Shown one piece after another: positions 26,354 to 35,498 of a stretch of DNA of 64,000 nucleotides. Each line of letters starts with the position of its first letter. Position 1 is the stretch's first letter. The notes beneath the pieces are model-generated. The model did not search any database, was not told where the DNA came from, and saw only the letters and a program-made list of their open reading frames with translations. The stretch covers positions 41,276 to 105,275 of the IMG/VR virus record IMGVR_UViG_3300037418_002743; one strand, written 5' to 3'. Both the position numbers and the translations under genes were made by a program. The DNA comes from a virus.

Positions 26354-27389
26354 CCCCGGTCGGGCGGTTCGTCGTGCTGTTAGAGGTCGGCAGAACTTAG
26401 TAGTAGTACGTAGTGCCATAGACCCTGCCGAGAACTGCGCGTAGGCTCATCGCCCTCTCGCGACCGGCAGGGATGAAATGACCATCCAGGTCTGCCGGCT
26501 CAGTAACTGACGAGGTACCCGTTTGCCCCGATGCCGGGTAGACGAACTAAGCCCGACGTCGACGGGCATGCCCATTATTCGACGGTCCCGGAATAGCGCC
26601 AGCGACGCGAAGGCGCAGTTGATGACGGAGCCGGGAGCTATCCATCTGACTCAAAGATCCAGAGTGTTAGGAGATCGTTATGGCACCCCCAGCGCAAGAT
26701 ATTGCAGTGGCACTGATGCAGCAATGGGTCTTTCTTTCCGATGACCCCCAAGTCACAAATTTGATGCCGAAGGCATCGTTCCAGGAGGTTGCGGACCGCA
26801 ACTATCAGCTCAAGAACAAGAAAGTCAGAAGGTTCTTGCAATGGGAGGATCAAATTGGCATGAATATTGGCTGGACCGATGATGCTTCGGCTGCGACGGC
26901 AACGAAGGTCCAGCGGTGGTTCTTCACAAGGGAAGACACCGCTAAGGCGGGGCCAATAACCTATGGAGAGCCGATTGCGCTGGCCAACGGAGAGAAGCCT
27001 TCCTTCATCCATTACGAGAGCCAGACGATCGGCGTAAATCTTCAGTGGCATGACAAACCTTCGTACGAATGGATATTACTTGGAGGCTCGAGGAACCAAC
27101 CAGTCGGCGTTGGCGAGAGCATCGCGATCTATAACCAAGTCGATCTCGAGTGCTTGATATACGTCGACCGCACAATGGGGGGAGACGTGGGCTGGCCCAG
27201 CAGCTCAACTTGGTTTGATCAGATTGGGGATCTATTTAAGGGCCTCACTAAGGCGGTGATAGAGAAGGCGATTAAGGATGGCCTCGTAGAATTGTTTAAG
27301 AAACTCGCGAAATAGCCTTTCGCTGGCACGGCATTCGCGCTGCGGCGCTGCACGCCGTGCGCCGGGCGGGAGGACTGCCGCGACTTCTG
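26327..27389. mobile_element. Low-GC moron-like insertion bounded by 23-bp direct repeat
   Basis: CGGGAGGACTGCCGCGACTTCTG at 26327-26349 and 27367-27389; visibly AT-richer interior. Confidence 0.65.
26680..27315 (+). CDS. Foreign low-GC protein with threefold internal repeat (beta-trefoil-like) and amphipathic C-terminal helix
   Basis: AGGAG RBS; three repeats ending in ..G.N/D..W. Confidence 0.75.
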   Translation: MAPPAQDIAVALMQQWVFLSDDPQVTNLMPKASFQEVADRNYQLKNKKVRRFLQWEDQIGMNIGWTDDASAATATKVQRWFFTREDTAKAGPITYGEPIALANGEKPSFIHYESQTIGVNLQWHDKPSYEWILLGGSRNQPVGVGESIAIYNQVDLECLIYVDRTMGGDVGWPSSSTWFDQIGDLFKGLTKAVIEKAIKDGLVELFKKLAK

Positions 27390-27470
27390 TGGCTCGGGAG
27401 GGGGCCGCCCGACCCATCCACGGACGGCCGCCTCCCCCCGACTTCCCTTCCCGACCGAAGGGGAACCGCG

Positions 27471-27722
27471 TCAGGCGGCGGCGTAGCGGCGCGGGCCACG
27501 GCTCCGACGCCGCACCTCCCGCTCCGCGGCCTCCGCGATCAGGTACGTCGAGCACGGATCCGTGGAGTAGGGCCGGCACTGGTCGACGAGCGGGTCGTGG
27601 GTCACGAGCAGGGCGTCGACGAGGTTCGGGGTGTTCGCCAGCACCTGCACGAACTCCGCCGTGAGCGCGGCGGATGAGCGGATGCGGCGGGGCGAGCGAC
27701 GGGAGGGAAGGGGGACGGTCAC
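27471..27722 (-). CDS. Hypothetical protein (H...C...C)
   Basis: GGAG RBS; ORF. Confidence 0.5.
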   Translation of the reverse strand: MTVPLPSRRSPRRIRSSAALTAEFVQVLANTPNLVDALLVTHDPLVDQCRPYSTDPCSTYLIAEAAEREVRRRSRGPRRYAAA

Positions 27723-27808
27723 GGCAGAGTTCTCCAGCTACTTCCGGTGCCCCTCACCGCGCCGTTGATCCTCCGCCGCGGCGGGCCGGCGGACGAGACG
27801 CTGTCCGG

Positions 27809-27934
27809 GTGGCACGGAACGGCACGGCGGCACGGACACGGACTCCAGGAGGGTGCCGGCACTGCTCTGCACGGCCCTGACCACCGGAAACGGGTGTGTT
27901 CCATCCGTTCCGTGCCACTGTTCCGTGCCGGCAC
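27809..27934. repeat. GGCACGGA direct/inverted repeat cluster
   Basis: Copies at 27811, 27821, 27829, 27835; inverted at 27909, 27922; 14-bp perfect IR 27809-27822/27905-27918. Confidence 0.6.
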
Positions 27935-27958
27935 AGTGGCCACCGTGCAAGTTTCCCC

Positions 27959-27986
27959 TTGTACTTACCGCGTGACGCGGTATCTT
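27959..27986 (+). promoter_or_regulatory. Operator-promoter cassette 17 (TTGTAC-N16-TATCTT)
   Basis: TACCGCG-TGA-CGCGGTA at 27966-27982; ATG 6 nt downstream. Confidence 0.82.
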
Positions 27987-27992
27987 TAAGTC

Positions 27993-28295
27993 ATGAGCAA
28001 CGACACCGCCACCGCCGCCCCGATCGCCACCGCCTCCGGCTTCTACACCGTCGCCGTCAAGGGCCTCCGCGGCCGCAAGTGGTTCGACGCCGGCTGCGGC
28101 CGCTGCGGCGACCAGGCCTTCGTCCAGTCGCTCTGCGACTCCGTCGCCGCCGACCACCCCGAGCTGCGATTCCAGGTCATGGACCCCAAGGGCCTCACCT
28201 ACGCCCCCGACAAGTACCGCCCCTGGGCCGCCGCCTACGGCACCGAGAAGGACGACGACGTCAACGTCGACGAGCTCTCCGACGCCGAGCTCTGA
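27993..28295 (+). CDS. Small hypothetical protein (leaderless, acidic C-terminus)
   Basis: Strong GC3 bias. Confidence 0.75.
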   Translation: MSNDTATAAPIATASGFYTVAVKGLRGRKWFDAGCGRCGDQAFVQSLCDSVAADHPELRFQVMDPKGLTYAPDKYRPWAAAYGTEKDDDVNVDELSDAEL

Positions 28296-28346
28296 CAGCA
28301 AAGGGCCCCGCCCGGCAGCGCCGGACGGGGCCCGCGGGCGTCAGGG

Positions 28347-30692
28347 TCAGGCGGCCCCGCGGGAGAGCCGAGCCGCCGCCGCCCGGAGGTCCGCGACCAG
28401 GAACCCGCGGAGGCGCTGCCCGCCGGCCCGGCGCGGCTCCGTCGGTCGGAGGTTCGCGTCGAGCGCGGAGAGGTCCCGGCCGAGCTGCTCGGCCGCCCGC
28501 CGCTTCGCCTCCGGCTCCGCGTCCCGGTCCACCCGCCCGATCACCTCCGCCAGCCGCTGCGTCGCCACCCACTCCGCCGGCGCGCCCGGGCGGCCGAGGG
28601 CCAGCATCACGATGTCGAGCGGCTCCGGCAGGGGCGGGTGACCCGGGCGGCCGGCGTGCTGCCGCATCGCCTCGACGAGCCGCCGCCCGGCCGCCTCGAT
28701 CCCCGACGTGTCGGGAGCCGGGAGCATCCCACCCGGCGCGGGTGCGTCGGATCCGCCCTGGTCACCCGGTGCGCCCGGGTCCTCGCCCAGCAGCTCCGCC
28801 CACAGGCGGGCGTCGTCGTCCCACCCGGGTGGAAGGTCCGCGGGCGGGAGGTCCGGGTGCGGGTCACCCGCCTCCGCGGCCGGGTGGGCACCCGCCGGCT
28901 CCACCCGCTCCGGGGCGGGCGGGTCACCCGCCGGCGGGCGGGTGGGCTCCGGCGTGGGCTCCGGGCGGCCGCCCGGGTGGTCGTTGCTCATCGGCCACTC
29001 CAGTCCGTGGAGACGCGCCGCCTCGACGAGCTCGCGGTGGCGCCGGGGGTTCCAACGGTCAGCGTAGGTCCGGAGGTCCTTGGTGACATCCGGGTCAAGC
29101 CCGAAGCGCCACTGGGCGTTCCGGGCGGCGACGAGGGGGATCTCGTCGTCGAGGAGGCTCAGGGCCTTGCCGCGCATGCCGCGCTCGTCCGGCTCCCCGG
29201 TCGTCACATAGAACTGCTTGTTCCGCAGCTTGCTGGCGTCCGGGCGGCCGGGGAGCCCGGCGAGGACCTTGTCCGCGTCGTCCCGGCGCTTCGTGTAGAG
29301 CGCGATCCCGATATCGGTGTTGCGCTGCATCCCGGAGCCCGCGGCCCCGAAGGAGGAGAAGAGCTGGTCCTGGTTGGCGATCACGACGTTGACCAGCGCG
29401 GTGCGGCCGAGCGCCTTGATCTCCGCGACCATCTCCGAGGCGGTGAGCATCCGCCCGTCAACGGGCCACTTCTTCGTGGTGCCCAGGACCTTCGACGCCT
29501 CGTCCACGATCACCGTGAGCATGCCGCGGCCCGGCTCGGCCTTCCGGGCGCCCGACGTCGGGGTCCGCTGGTTGCACAGCTTCGCGTAGAGCAGCGCGTC
29601 CGCGAGCGCGGCGAGCGCCTCGTCGAGGGACTCCCCGCCGACCCGGTCGACGGCCGGGCGGTCCACCTCTCCGCGGAGCCACGGGAGCACCCAACCCCAG
29701 GCGAGCTTGACCAGCTTCTCCGTGCCGACCAGCCACACCTCCCCGGCCTTGGACGCGGTGAGGCGGGCGATCAGGACCGCGAGGAGCACACCCTTGCCGG
29801 AGCCGGTCTTGCCGACGATGTCCAGGTGCCGGGCGCCCTCGTCGGGGTGGCACAGCTGCAGCTCGATCGGCCGGTCGTCCTCGTAGCGGCCGATGAGCAT
29901 CCGGGCGTCAGCGTCGGTCGGCTCGTGATCCCAGACGAACGGGATCGGGCCCTCGTGCACCCGCTTCACGGTGAAGTGCAGGAGGAACTCCCCCATGTTG
30001 CGGCCGCGCTCCGGCACCACGTCCTGGTCCTCGAGGTCGATCCCGCGCGTCTCCTCGAACTGCATCGCCGCCTCCGTGGCGATCGCCGGGACGTCGCCGA
30101 GGAAGCCGCCGTAGGTGAGCAGCTTCTTCCCCTCGTGCCGGACCGGGCGGAGGTGCACGGTCTCGACGCCGCCCGAGGGCGAGGTGCTCACCCGGGAGAC
30201 GCGGACATCGGTGACCTGCGCGGCCGTGAGGATCCCCGGGTACGGGCCGACGTCGCCGATCGGCTGCTCCGCCCCCGCCGGCGCAGGCCCGCCCGCCGTC
30301 GTCTCCGCGGCGGCCGCGACGCGCGGCGCGGCGAGCCCGAGGAGGTAGTACCAGGACCCGAACACGCCGAACCAGACGAGCAGCCACGGCGCGAGCGGGA
30401 GCGGCGTCGGGGAGGCGATGAGCATCCAGAACCCGGCCGTGATGCCGGCGAGGCCGGCGCACCAGGAGGCGCCGCCGGTGAAGGCCCGCCCGTAGTCCCG
30501 GGCGGGGAAGAGCAGCCGGGCGCCGAGCGCGCCGAACCCGCCGACCGCGAGCCCGATCACGACGAAGGCCCACCCCTGCAGGGTGGGCACCGAGGCGGCG
30601 ATGTAGGCGGCGACGGGATAGATCAGCGGGTAGGCCCACCAGCCCTCCGGCCGTCGGAACGGCCGGAGGGCTGCGGGCTGGCTGGTGCTCAC
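28347..30692 (-). CDS. traB: TraB-like FtsK/SpoIIIE conjugative dsDNA translocase
   Basis: N-terminal TM helices, Walker A GKTGSGKG, Walker B VIVDEA, Pro-rich linker, C-terminal wHTH-like domain. Confidence 0.82.
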   Translation of the reverse strand: MSTSQPAALRPFRRPEGWWAYPLIYPVAAYIAASVPTLQGWAFVVIGLAVGGFGALGARLLFPARDYGRAFTGGASWCAGLAGITAGFWMLIASPTPLPLAPWLLVWFGVFGSWYYLLGLAAPRVAAAAETTAGGPAPAGAEQPIGDVGPYPGILTAAQVTDVRVSRVSTSPSGGVETVHLRPVRHEGKKLLTYGGFLGDVPAIATEAAMQFEETRGIDLEDQDVVPERGRNMGEFLLHFTVKRVHEGPIPFVWDHEPTDADARMLIGRYEDDRPIELQLCHPDEGARHLDIVGKTGSGKGVLLAVLIARLTASKAGEVWLVGTEKLVKLAWGWVLPWLRGEVDRPAVDRVGGESLDEALAALADALLYAKLCNQRTPTSGARKAEPGRGMLTVIVDEASKVLGTTKKWPVDGRMLTASEMVAEIKALGRTALVNVVIANQDQLFSSFGAAGSGMQRNTDIGIALYTKRRDDADKVLAGLPGRPDASKLRNKQFYVTTGEPDERGMRGKALSLLDDEIPLVAARNAQWRFGLDPDVTKDLRTYADRWNPRRHRELVEAARLHGLEWPMSNDHPGGRPEPTPEPTRPPAGDPPAPERVEPAGAHPAAEAGDPHPDLPPADLPPGWDDDARLWAELLGEDPGAPGDQGGSDAPAPGGMLPAPDTSGIEAAGRRLVEAMRQHAGRPGHPPLPEPLDIVMLALGRPGAPAEWVATQRLAEVIGRVDRDAEPEAKRRAAEQLGRDLSALDANLRPTEPRRAGGQRLRGFLVADLRAAAARLSRGAA

Positions 30693-30735
30693 GGGCGGCT
30701 CTCCCAGGGGAAGTGGGCGGGCGAAGGCAGAGACG

Positions 30736-32661
30736 TCAGGCGACGTCCTGGTTGGCGCCCCAGTCGAGGGAGCGGGCGCGCGGGTCGGTCTCCTGCATGC
30801 GGGCCAGGTCGTCGTTGTGGATCGCGTCGATCCCCGCGGAGACCTCCTCGAGCGACTCGACGGGCGCCTTCACGAAGTTGGCGATCTCGCGGAGCAGGTC
30901 CTCCGCGCCGGCCTTGAAGAGCACGGACTCCACGGACTTGTCGGCGATGGTGGCGAACCCCTCCGCGAGGGCCTCGAAGAGCGCGGGCGCCTCGCCGATG
31001 AGCAGCTTCACCTTCATAAACGACGGGTCGTCGTCGTTGTTGGTCGGCTGCCAGTTCGCGACGGCGTTGCGCCACTCCTCGATCACGGAGTCGAAGGTGC
31101 CCATGGTCGTGTTCCTTCCTGCGGGGAGAGCCCCGGCCGGTCGGCCGGGCGCGGTGGTCGGGATGAGGGACGGGAGGGCCGGGAGCTTCGGCAGCGCCTT
31201 CGGCGGCACGGGCTCCGGGCGGGGACGGCGGTGCCGGACCCACCAGCGGCGGCCGTGGGCCCGCCGGATCCGCTGCCAGCGCCACAGGGCCCGGGCGGTG
31301 CGGATCGGCCGCGAGCGGAGCGCACGGCGCCCGAGAGCGGTGCCGGCGACCCGGCGGGCGGCTCCGCGGGCGACCCGGCCAACCGCTCGGGCGGCGGGGC
31401 CGGCGAGCCGGCGGGCGGCGACCGCGGCGCGGGTGCGATTCGCGGCGTGCGCGATCCGGGCGGCCCGGGCCCCGAAGACGGCGCCCTGCCGGGCGGCCGC
31501 CCGGGCGGCCTTCCCGACCGCCCGCCCGGCCGCGGAGCCGCGGAGCGCGCGGGTGCGGACGAGGCCCCGCCGGTAGGCACGGCGGGCCCGGGCGACGAGC
31601 CCGGCGCGGCGGGCGCCCTGCCGCCCACCCGGGCGGACACCCGGGCGGGTGGAGGCCTTCGGGCCCGGGCGCCCACCCGGGCGGGCGGACGGGTGACCAG
31701 GGCGAACTCCGGCACCCGGGCGGCCGCCCGCCCGGCCGGAGAAGAGCCCGCGGACCTTCCGCGCACCCGCCTTCACCCGGGAGCCGGCCGAGCGGCCGGA
31801 GCGGGTGCCGGGACGGGTAGAGCCGCCCCCGGTGCCGCCGGTGGAGCGGGTGCCGCCCGCCTTGCCGCCCGGGCGGTGCGTGCCGCCGGCGCCGCGGGAG
31901 CGGCCGCCGAAGAGCCCGCGCCGCCCGCCGCCGGCGGTCCCGCCCGAGCGGCCGGCGCCGCCGAAGAGGCTCCGCCGGCCGCCCGCGGTTCCGCCCTTCC
32001 CATGCCCGCCGGCGGTCGCGGACCGGCGGGACCGAGAGGACTTCGAGGAGCCCCGAGACGGGGCCGAGATGCCGCCGGAGCGCGCCGCTGCGGCTCGGGG
32101 CCGGGCAGCAGCGGGCGAGGGCCGGCGGAGGCGGGAGAGGCCGGGCAGACCGCTCGCGCGGCGACCCCCTCCGCTCACACCGCCGGCCCTCGACCCGGCC
32201 GCCCGGCCCTTGGCACCCAGACCGTCCGACCGGCCGCTCGATCGCGGCCGGGTCGGACGGCCCGCCCGGGTGCCCCCACCGGCCGCGCGGGATCCGGCGC
32301 GAGACGGCCGCAGCCGCCCCAGCAGGCCGGAAAGTCCCGCGGACCCCGGACGGACGCGAGGAGAGGCAGGACGGGAGGGAATACCCCGCCCCCTCGCGCG
32401 TCCGCCATCTTCTCCCCCACCCCGAAACCGGTGCAGGGCGTAGCCACCCCCTGCGATCGCGGTCGGGACCGTGTAGCCGAGCCACCCGAAGGCCTGACCT
32501 GCGGTCACGACCCCGGCGACGGAGATCAGCGCGCCGAGCGCGAGGACGGGGCTGGGCATCCGTCGGGGCTCGTCGGCCGTCCGACGGGAGAGGTCCCGGG
32601 CGGGACGCTCCGGCTCCGTCGCCTCCGCCTCCGGCGGGGCCGGGGTCTCGGGGGTCGTCAC
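30736..32661 (-). CDS. TraA-like plasmid transfer protein (TM, Gly/Arg-rich linker, helical C-terminal domain); possible internal start at 31104
   Basis: Position directly upstream of traB; C-terminal HNDDLARMQETDPR...W motif like Streptomyces plasmid TraA. Confidence 0.6.
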   Translation of the reverse strand: MTTPETPAPPEAEATEPERPARDLSRRTADEPRRMPSPVLALGALISVAGVVTAGQAFGWLGYTVPTAIAGGGYALHRFRGGGEDGGRARGRGIPSRPASPRVRPGSAGLSGLLGRLRPSRAGSRAAGGGTRAGRPTRPRSSGRSDGLGAKGRAAGSRAGGVSGGGRRASGLPGLSRLRRPSPAAARPRAAAARSGGISAPSRGSSKSSRSRRSATAGGHGKGGTAGGRRSLFGGAGRSGGTAGGGRRGLFGGRSRGAGGTHRPGGKAGGTRSTGGTGGGSTRPGTRSGRSAGSRVKAGARKVRGLFSGRAGGRPGAGVRPGHPSARPGGRPGPKASTRPGVRPGGRQGARRAGLVARARRAYRRGLVRTRALRGSAAGRAVGKAARAAARQGAVFGARAARIAHAANRTRAAVAARRLAGPAARAVGRVARGAARRVAGTALGRRALRSRPIRTARALWRWQRIRRAHGRRWWVRHRRPRPEPVPPKALPKLPALPSLIPTTAPGRPAGALPAGRNTTMGTFDSVIEEWRNAVANWQPTNNDDDPSFMKVKLLIGEAPALFEALAEGFATIADKSVESVLFKAGAEDLLREIANFVKAPVESLEEVSAGIDAIHNDDLARMQETDPRARSLDWGANQDVA

Positions 32662-32879
32662 CGGAAGGTCCCGGCCACGCCGCCCATCGCGCCGCGGACG
32701 CCGGCCTCGAGACCGGAGGCTCCGGAGGCGGCGATGGTGTGCACCACCGCGGCCGCGGAGCCGCCGAGGAAGACCCCGAAGAGGATCCCCCACATCAGGA
32801 CGAGCCCGTGCCGGTGACCGCGCCGCCACGAGAACCAGGCCAGGAGGCCGAAGATCAACACGAGGGGGATGCCGAACAT
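32658..32879 (-). CDS. Small Spd-like membrane protein
   Basis: Hydrophobic 73 aa in tra operon. Confidence 0.55.
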   Translation of the reverse strand: MFGIPLVLIFGLLAWFSWRRGHRHGLVLMWGILFGVFLGGSAAAVVHTIAASGASGLEAGVRGAMGGVAGTFR

Positions 32880-33247
32880 CAGACGCTTGCCTTCCGGTTG
32901 GGCCGTCCGCGCCGCGTGCCAGGGATGGCCTCCGCGGAGTACGGCGGGGGGAAGAGCGGCAGGAGGTACGCCTGCCGGAGCACGGCGCAGAGGGCGAGGA
33001 TCGGCTCCGCGGGCTCGAACCACTCCGAGTCGAGGCGGTACGCGGCGAACTGCATGTGGCGGGCCTGCTCGAGCTCGCGGCCGCCGGGCTCGACGGCGTG
33101 CCAGACCTCGGCGCGAACCCCGCTCATCCGCGGGCGGAACAGCTTGGTCGTGCCGATCTTGATGCGGTCCCCGACGCCGACGTAGTAGACGACGGGTTGA
33201 TGGTTGGACTGGCTCTCAATGCCGAGACCCACAGCCAGGTCGGACAA
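32879..33247 (-). CDS. GIY-YIG (T5orf172/Mug113-like) nuclease domain protein
   Basis: VVYYVGVGDRIKIGTT...R...E..RHMQFAAYRLDSEWF. Confidence 0.75.
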   Translation of the reverse strand: MSDLAVGLGIESQSNHQPVVYYVGVGDRIKIGTTKLFRPRMSGVRAEVWHAVEPGGRELEQARHMQFAAYRLDSEWFEPAEPILALCAVLRQAYLLPLFPPPYSAEAIPGTRRGRPNRKASV

Positions 33248-33477
33248 GCCGCTGACCTCCTGCTCGCTCTAGCTCCTGGGAGGGATGGACGGCCCCAGCA
33301 TGCGCGCTCCGGTGCTTATATGCAACTCTACGATGCATGCGCTAAGGTCCAGAACGTCGGGCCCGGCCCTCACCTTCCCCGGGGGCCGAGCCCGCCGTAT
33401 GCACGCGGGACTGCCTATATGCACGCCTCGGTGGGACACTGCGGGAGCCCTGCAGGCCCACCGGGAGGGGAAGCCCG

Positions 33478-33735
33478 ATGATCAGGAAGATCGAGATCGA
33501 GACGATGAGCACGCTCGCCGGCACGGCCGACTGCTCCGACCGCTACGAGTGCCCCGCGGTGCTCGCGCTGTCGGACCGGCCGGACGTCTACCACCTGGTG
33601 GTGAAGGCGGACTCGATCGTCACCGACGCCGAGGAGCTCGCCGCGCTCCGTGCGCAGCGCAAGCTCGCCGACGACGAGATCGTGGTGACCCAGGACCGGC
33701 GCGTGATCGACGCACTGCGAGGAGGTGGAAGCTGA
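33478..33735 (+). CDS. Small Cys-containing partner protein of DUF6879 loci
   Basis: C-x5-CPAV...VTD...EIVV. Confidence 0.6.
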   Translation: MIRKIEIETMSTLAGTADCSDRYECPAVLALSDRPDVYHLVVKADSIVTDAEELAALRAQRKLADDEIVVTQDRRVIDALRGGGS

Positions 33736-34301
33736 TGCCGCAGCTGACCGGCCGCGAGATGGCCGAGTTCATCGAGGCGCACTACACCTCCCCCGGGGAC
33801 AACCTCTTCCGGATGGAGCGTCTCCCCATCTACGCGGGGAACGCCGCCCAGACGGCGCGCTGGCTCACCGGAGCCGCGGAGCCGGACTGGGAGGTCAAGC
33901 AGGGCTGGCTCGACGCTCTCCGGGAGGACCGAGAGCGCGGGCTGCGGGCGCAGCGCGTGCGTGTCTTCACTCCGGGGATGACGGACGACGAGAGGGCCGC
34001 ATGCGCCTTCGGGTACGCCTACAACGGCCGGTACGAGGAGATCAGGGTGATCCACCGCGGCGAGCACCCGCCGGTGGACATCCTGGATCACGACTACTGG
34101 CTCATCACGCCTGCCCGCGGGCAGGTCGAGGTCCTGCGGATGCACTACGCGGACGACGGGGCCTTCCTCGGCGCGGACGTGGTGCCGCGTGACGGACACG
34201 AGCCGTACCTGCGGGAGAGCCGGCTGGCCTGGGCGATTGCGGAGGACTTCGCGCCGTGGTGGGAGCGGCACACCGAGCTGCACGAGCGGCTGGCGGCCTG
34301 A
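33735..34301 (+). CDS. DUF6879 family protein
   Basis: FRMERLPIY...RVRV...EEIRVI...HDYWLI...MHYADDGAFLGA. Confidence 0.75.
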   Translation: MPQLTGREMAEFIEAHYTSPGDNLFRMERLPIYAGNAAQTARWLTGAAEPDWEVKQGWLDALREDRERGLRAQRVRVFTPGMTDDERAACAFGYAYNGRYEEIRVIHRGEHPPVDILDHDYWLITPARGQVEVLRMHYADDGAFLGADVVPRDGHEPYLRESRLAWAIAEDFAPWWERHTELHERLAA

Positions 34302-34305
34302 CCAC

Positions 34306-35118
34306 ATGCCTGCAAGGACGCGCCGGGTGCCGGGCGGCCGGGACGAACTGTCCCGGCTGCTCGTCACCCTCCGCGGCACCAAGACCCAGGGCGAGGCCGG
34401 CGCGCTGATCGGGGTCAACCAGTCCAGGATCTCCCGCGCGGAGTCCGGACGCGGCGGGCTCACCGCGGAGCAGGCCGACGCCTACGCCCAGGCGCTCGGC
34501 GCATCCCGGCGGGACCGCAACCGCCTTGTCCAGCTCGTAAAGACCTTCGAGGCCGGCAGCATCACGACCCGGACGACGCTGGTCCGCAAGGCTCCCGAGA
34601 TCCAGGCCCGGATCGAGAAGCTCTACCGCGAGTCGACCGCGATCCGCAGCTGGCAGCCCGAGATCATCCCGGGCGCCGCTCAGACGCGCGCCTACACGCT
34701 GGCCGTGGTCGCCCCGATGACTCCCGGGCCGGCGTGGTGGACGCCGCGCCAGGCCCGGATCGACATGCTCGGCGCGCCCGGGCGCACCTTCCACCTCCTC
34801 GTCTCCGAGGCCGCTCTCCGCTGGGGCATCGGCTCCCGGGAGGTTATGGCGGAGCAGATGCAGCATCTGGACGCCGTGAGCCGCCTCCGCGGCGTCCGGC
34901 TCGGTGTCGTGCCGCTCGACGTCGTGCACCCGGTCGCGCCGCCCTCGGCGTTTGAGCTGTACGGCTCCCGGACCGCCTCCGTGGCGACGCTCTCCGGCAC
35001 GGCCTTCGTTGAGGACCGGCCCGACATCGAGCGCTACGAGGAGGACTTCAACGCCCTCGCCGACCTCGCGCGGTACGACGACGACGCCCGCGCGCTCTTC
35101 GGATCGGTCTGGTCGTGA
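34306..35118 (+). CDS. XRE HTH + DUF5753 transcriptional regulator
   Basis: TQGEAGALIGVNQSRISRAESG; IIPGAAQTRAY...LVSEAALRW...MAEQMQHL. Confidence 0.85.
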   Translation: MPARTRRVPGGRDELSRLLVTLRGTKTQGEAGALIGVNQSRISRAESGRGGLTAEQADAYAQALGASRRDRNRLVQLVKTFEAGSITTRTTLVRKAPEIQARIEKLYRESTAIRSWQPEIIPGAAQTRAYTLAVVAPMTPGPAWWTPRQARIDMLGAPGRTFHLLVSEAALRWGIGSREVMAEQMQHLDAVSRLRGVRLGVVPLDVVHPVAPPSAFELYGSRTASVATLSGTAFVEDRPDIERYEEDFNALADLARYDDDARALFGSVWS

Positions 35119-35119
35119 A

Positions 35120-35160
35120 CGACGAAAGCGCCCCCTCCCGCGGGTGCGGGAGGGGGCGCT
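35120..35160. terminator. Hairpin between convergent genes
   Basis: AGCGCCCCCTCCCGC...GCGGGAGGGGGCGCT. Confidence 0.65.
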
Positions 35161-35170
35161 GGGCGGGCGG

Positions 35171-35491
35171 TCAGCGGAAGCTCTCGATCCACTCGAGGAA
35201 GGCGACCGCCAGCAGGCGGGCCTTGAGCTGGGTCTCGATCTCGCGCCGGTCGCCGCCGGTGAGGGCCCGGTCGATCTCGCAGAGCGCGTCCTCGCGGCGG
35301 CCGGCCTTGTAGTCGGCCGTCATGCGGCGGACGGCGGTCGTGAAGTCGTCGAGGGAGAGGACGCCGTAGGTGACGCCGTTCCAGGTGAAGATCTCGCCCG
35401 CGTGGCGGAGCGCGCCTCGGGCCCGGATGACCGCGTAGATCAGGGCGGTGGAGGAGAGGACGGGGGCGGCGGGGGCTGCGGTGTTCGTCAT
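35171..35491 (-). CDS. Small hypothetical protein (MTNTA..., leaderless)
   Basis: Cassette 18 upstream. Confidence 0.72.
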   Translation of the reverse strand: MTNTAAPAAPVLSSTALIYAVIRARGALRHAGEIFTWNGVTYGVLSLDDFTTAVRRMTADYKAGRREDALCEIDRALTGGDRREIETQLKARLLAVAFLEWIESFR

Positions 35492-35498
35492 GTCAGTT

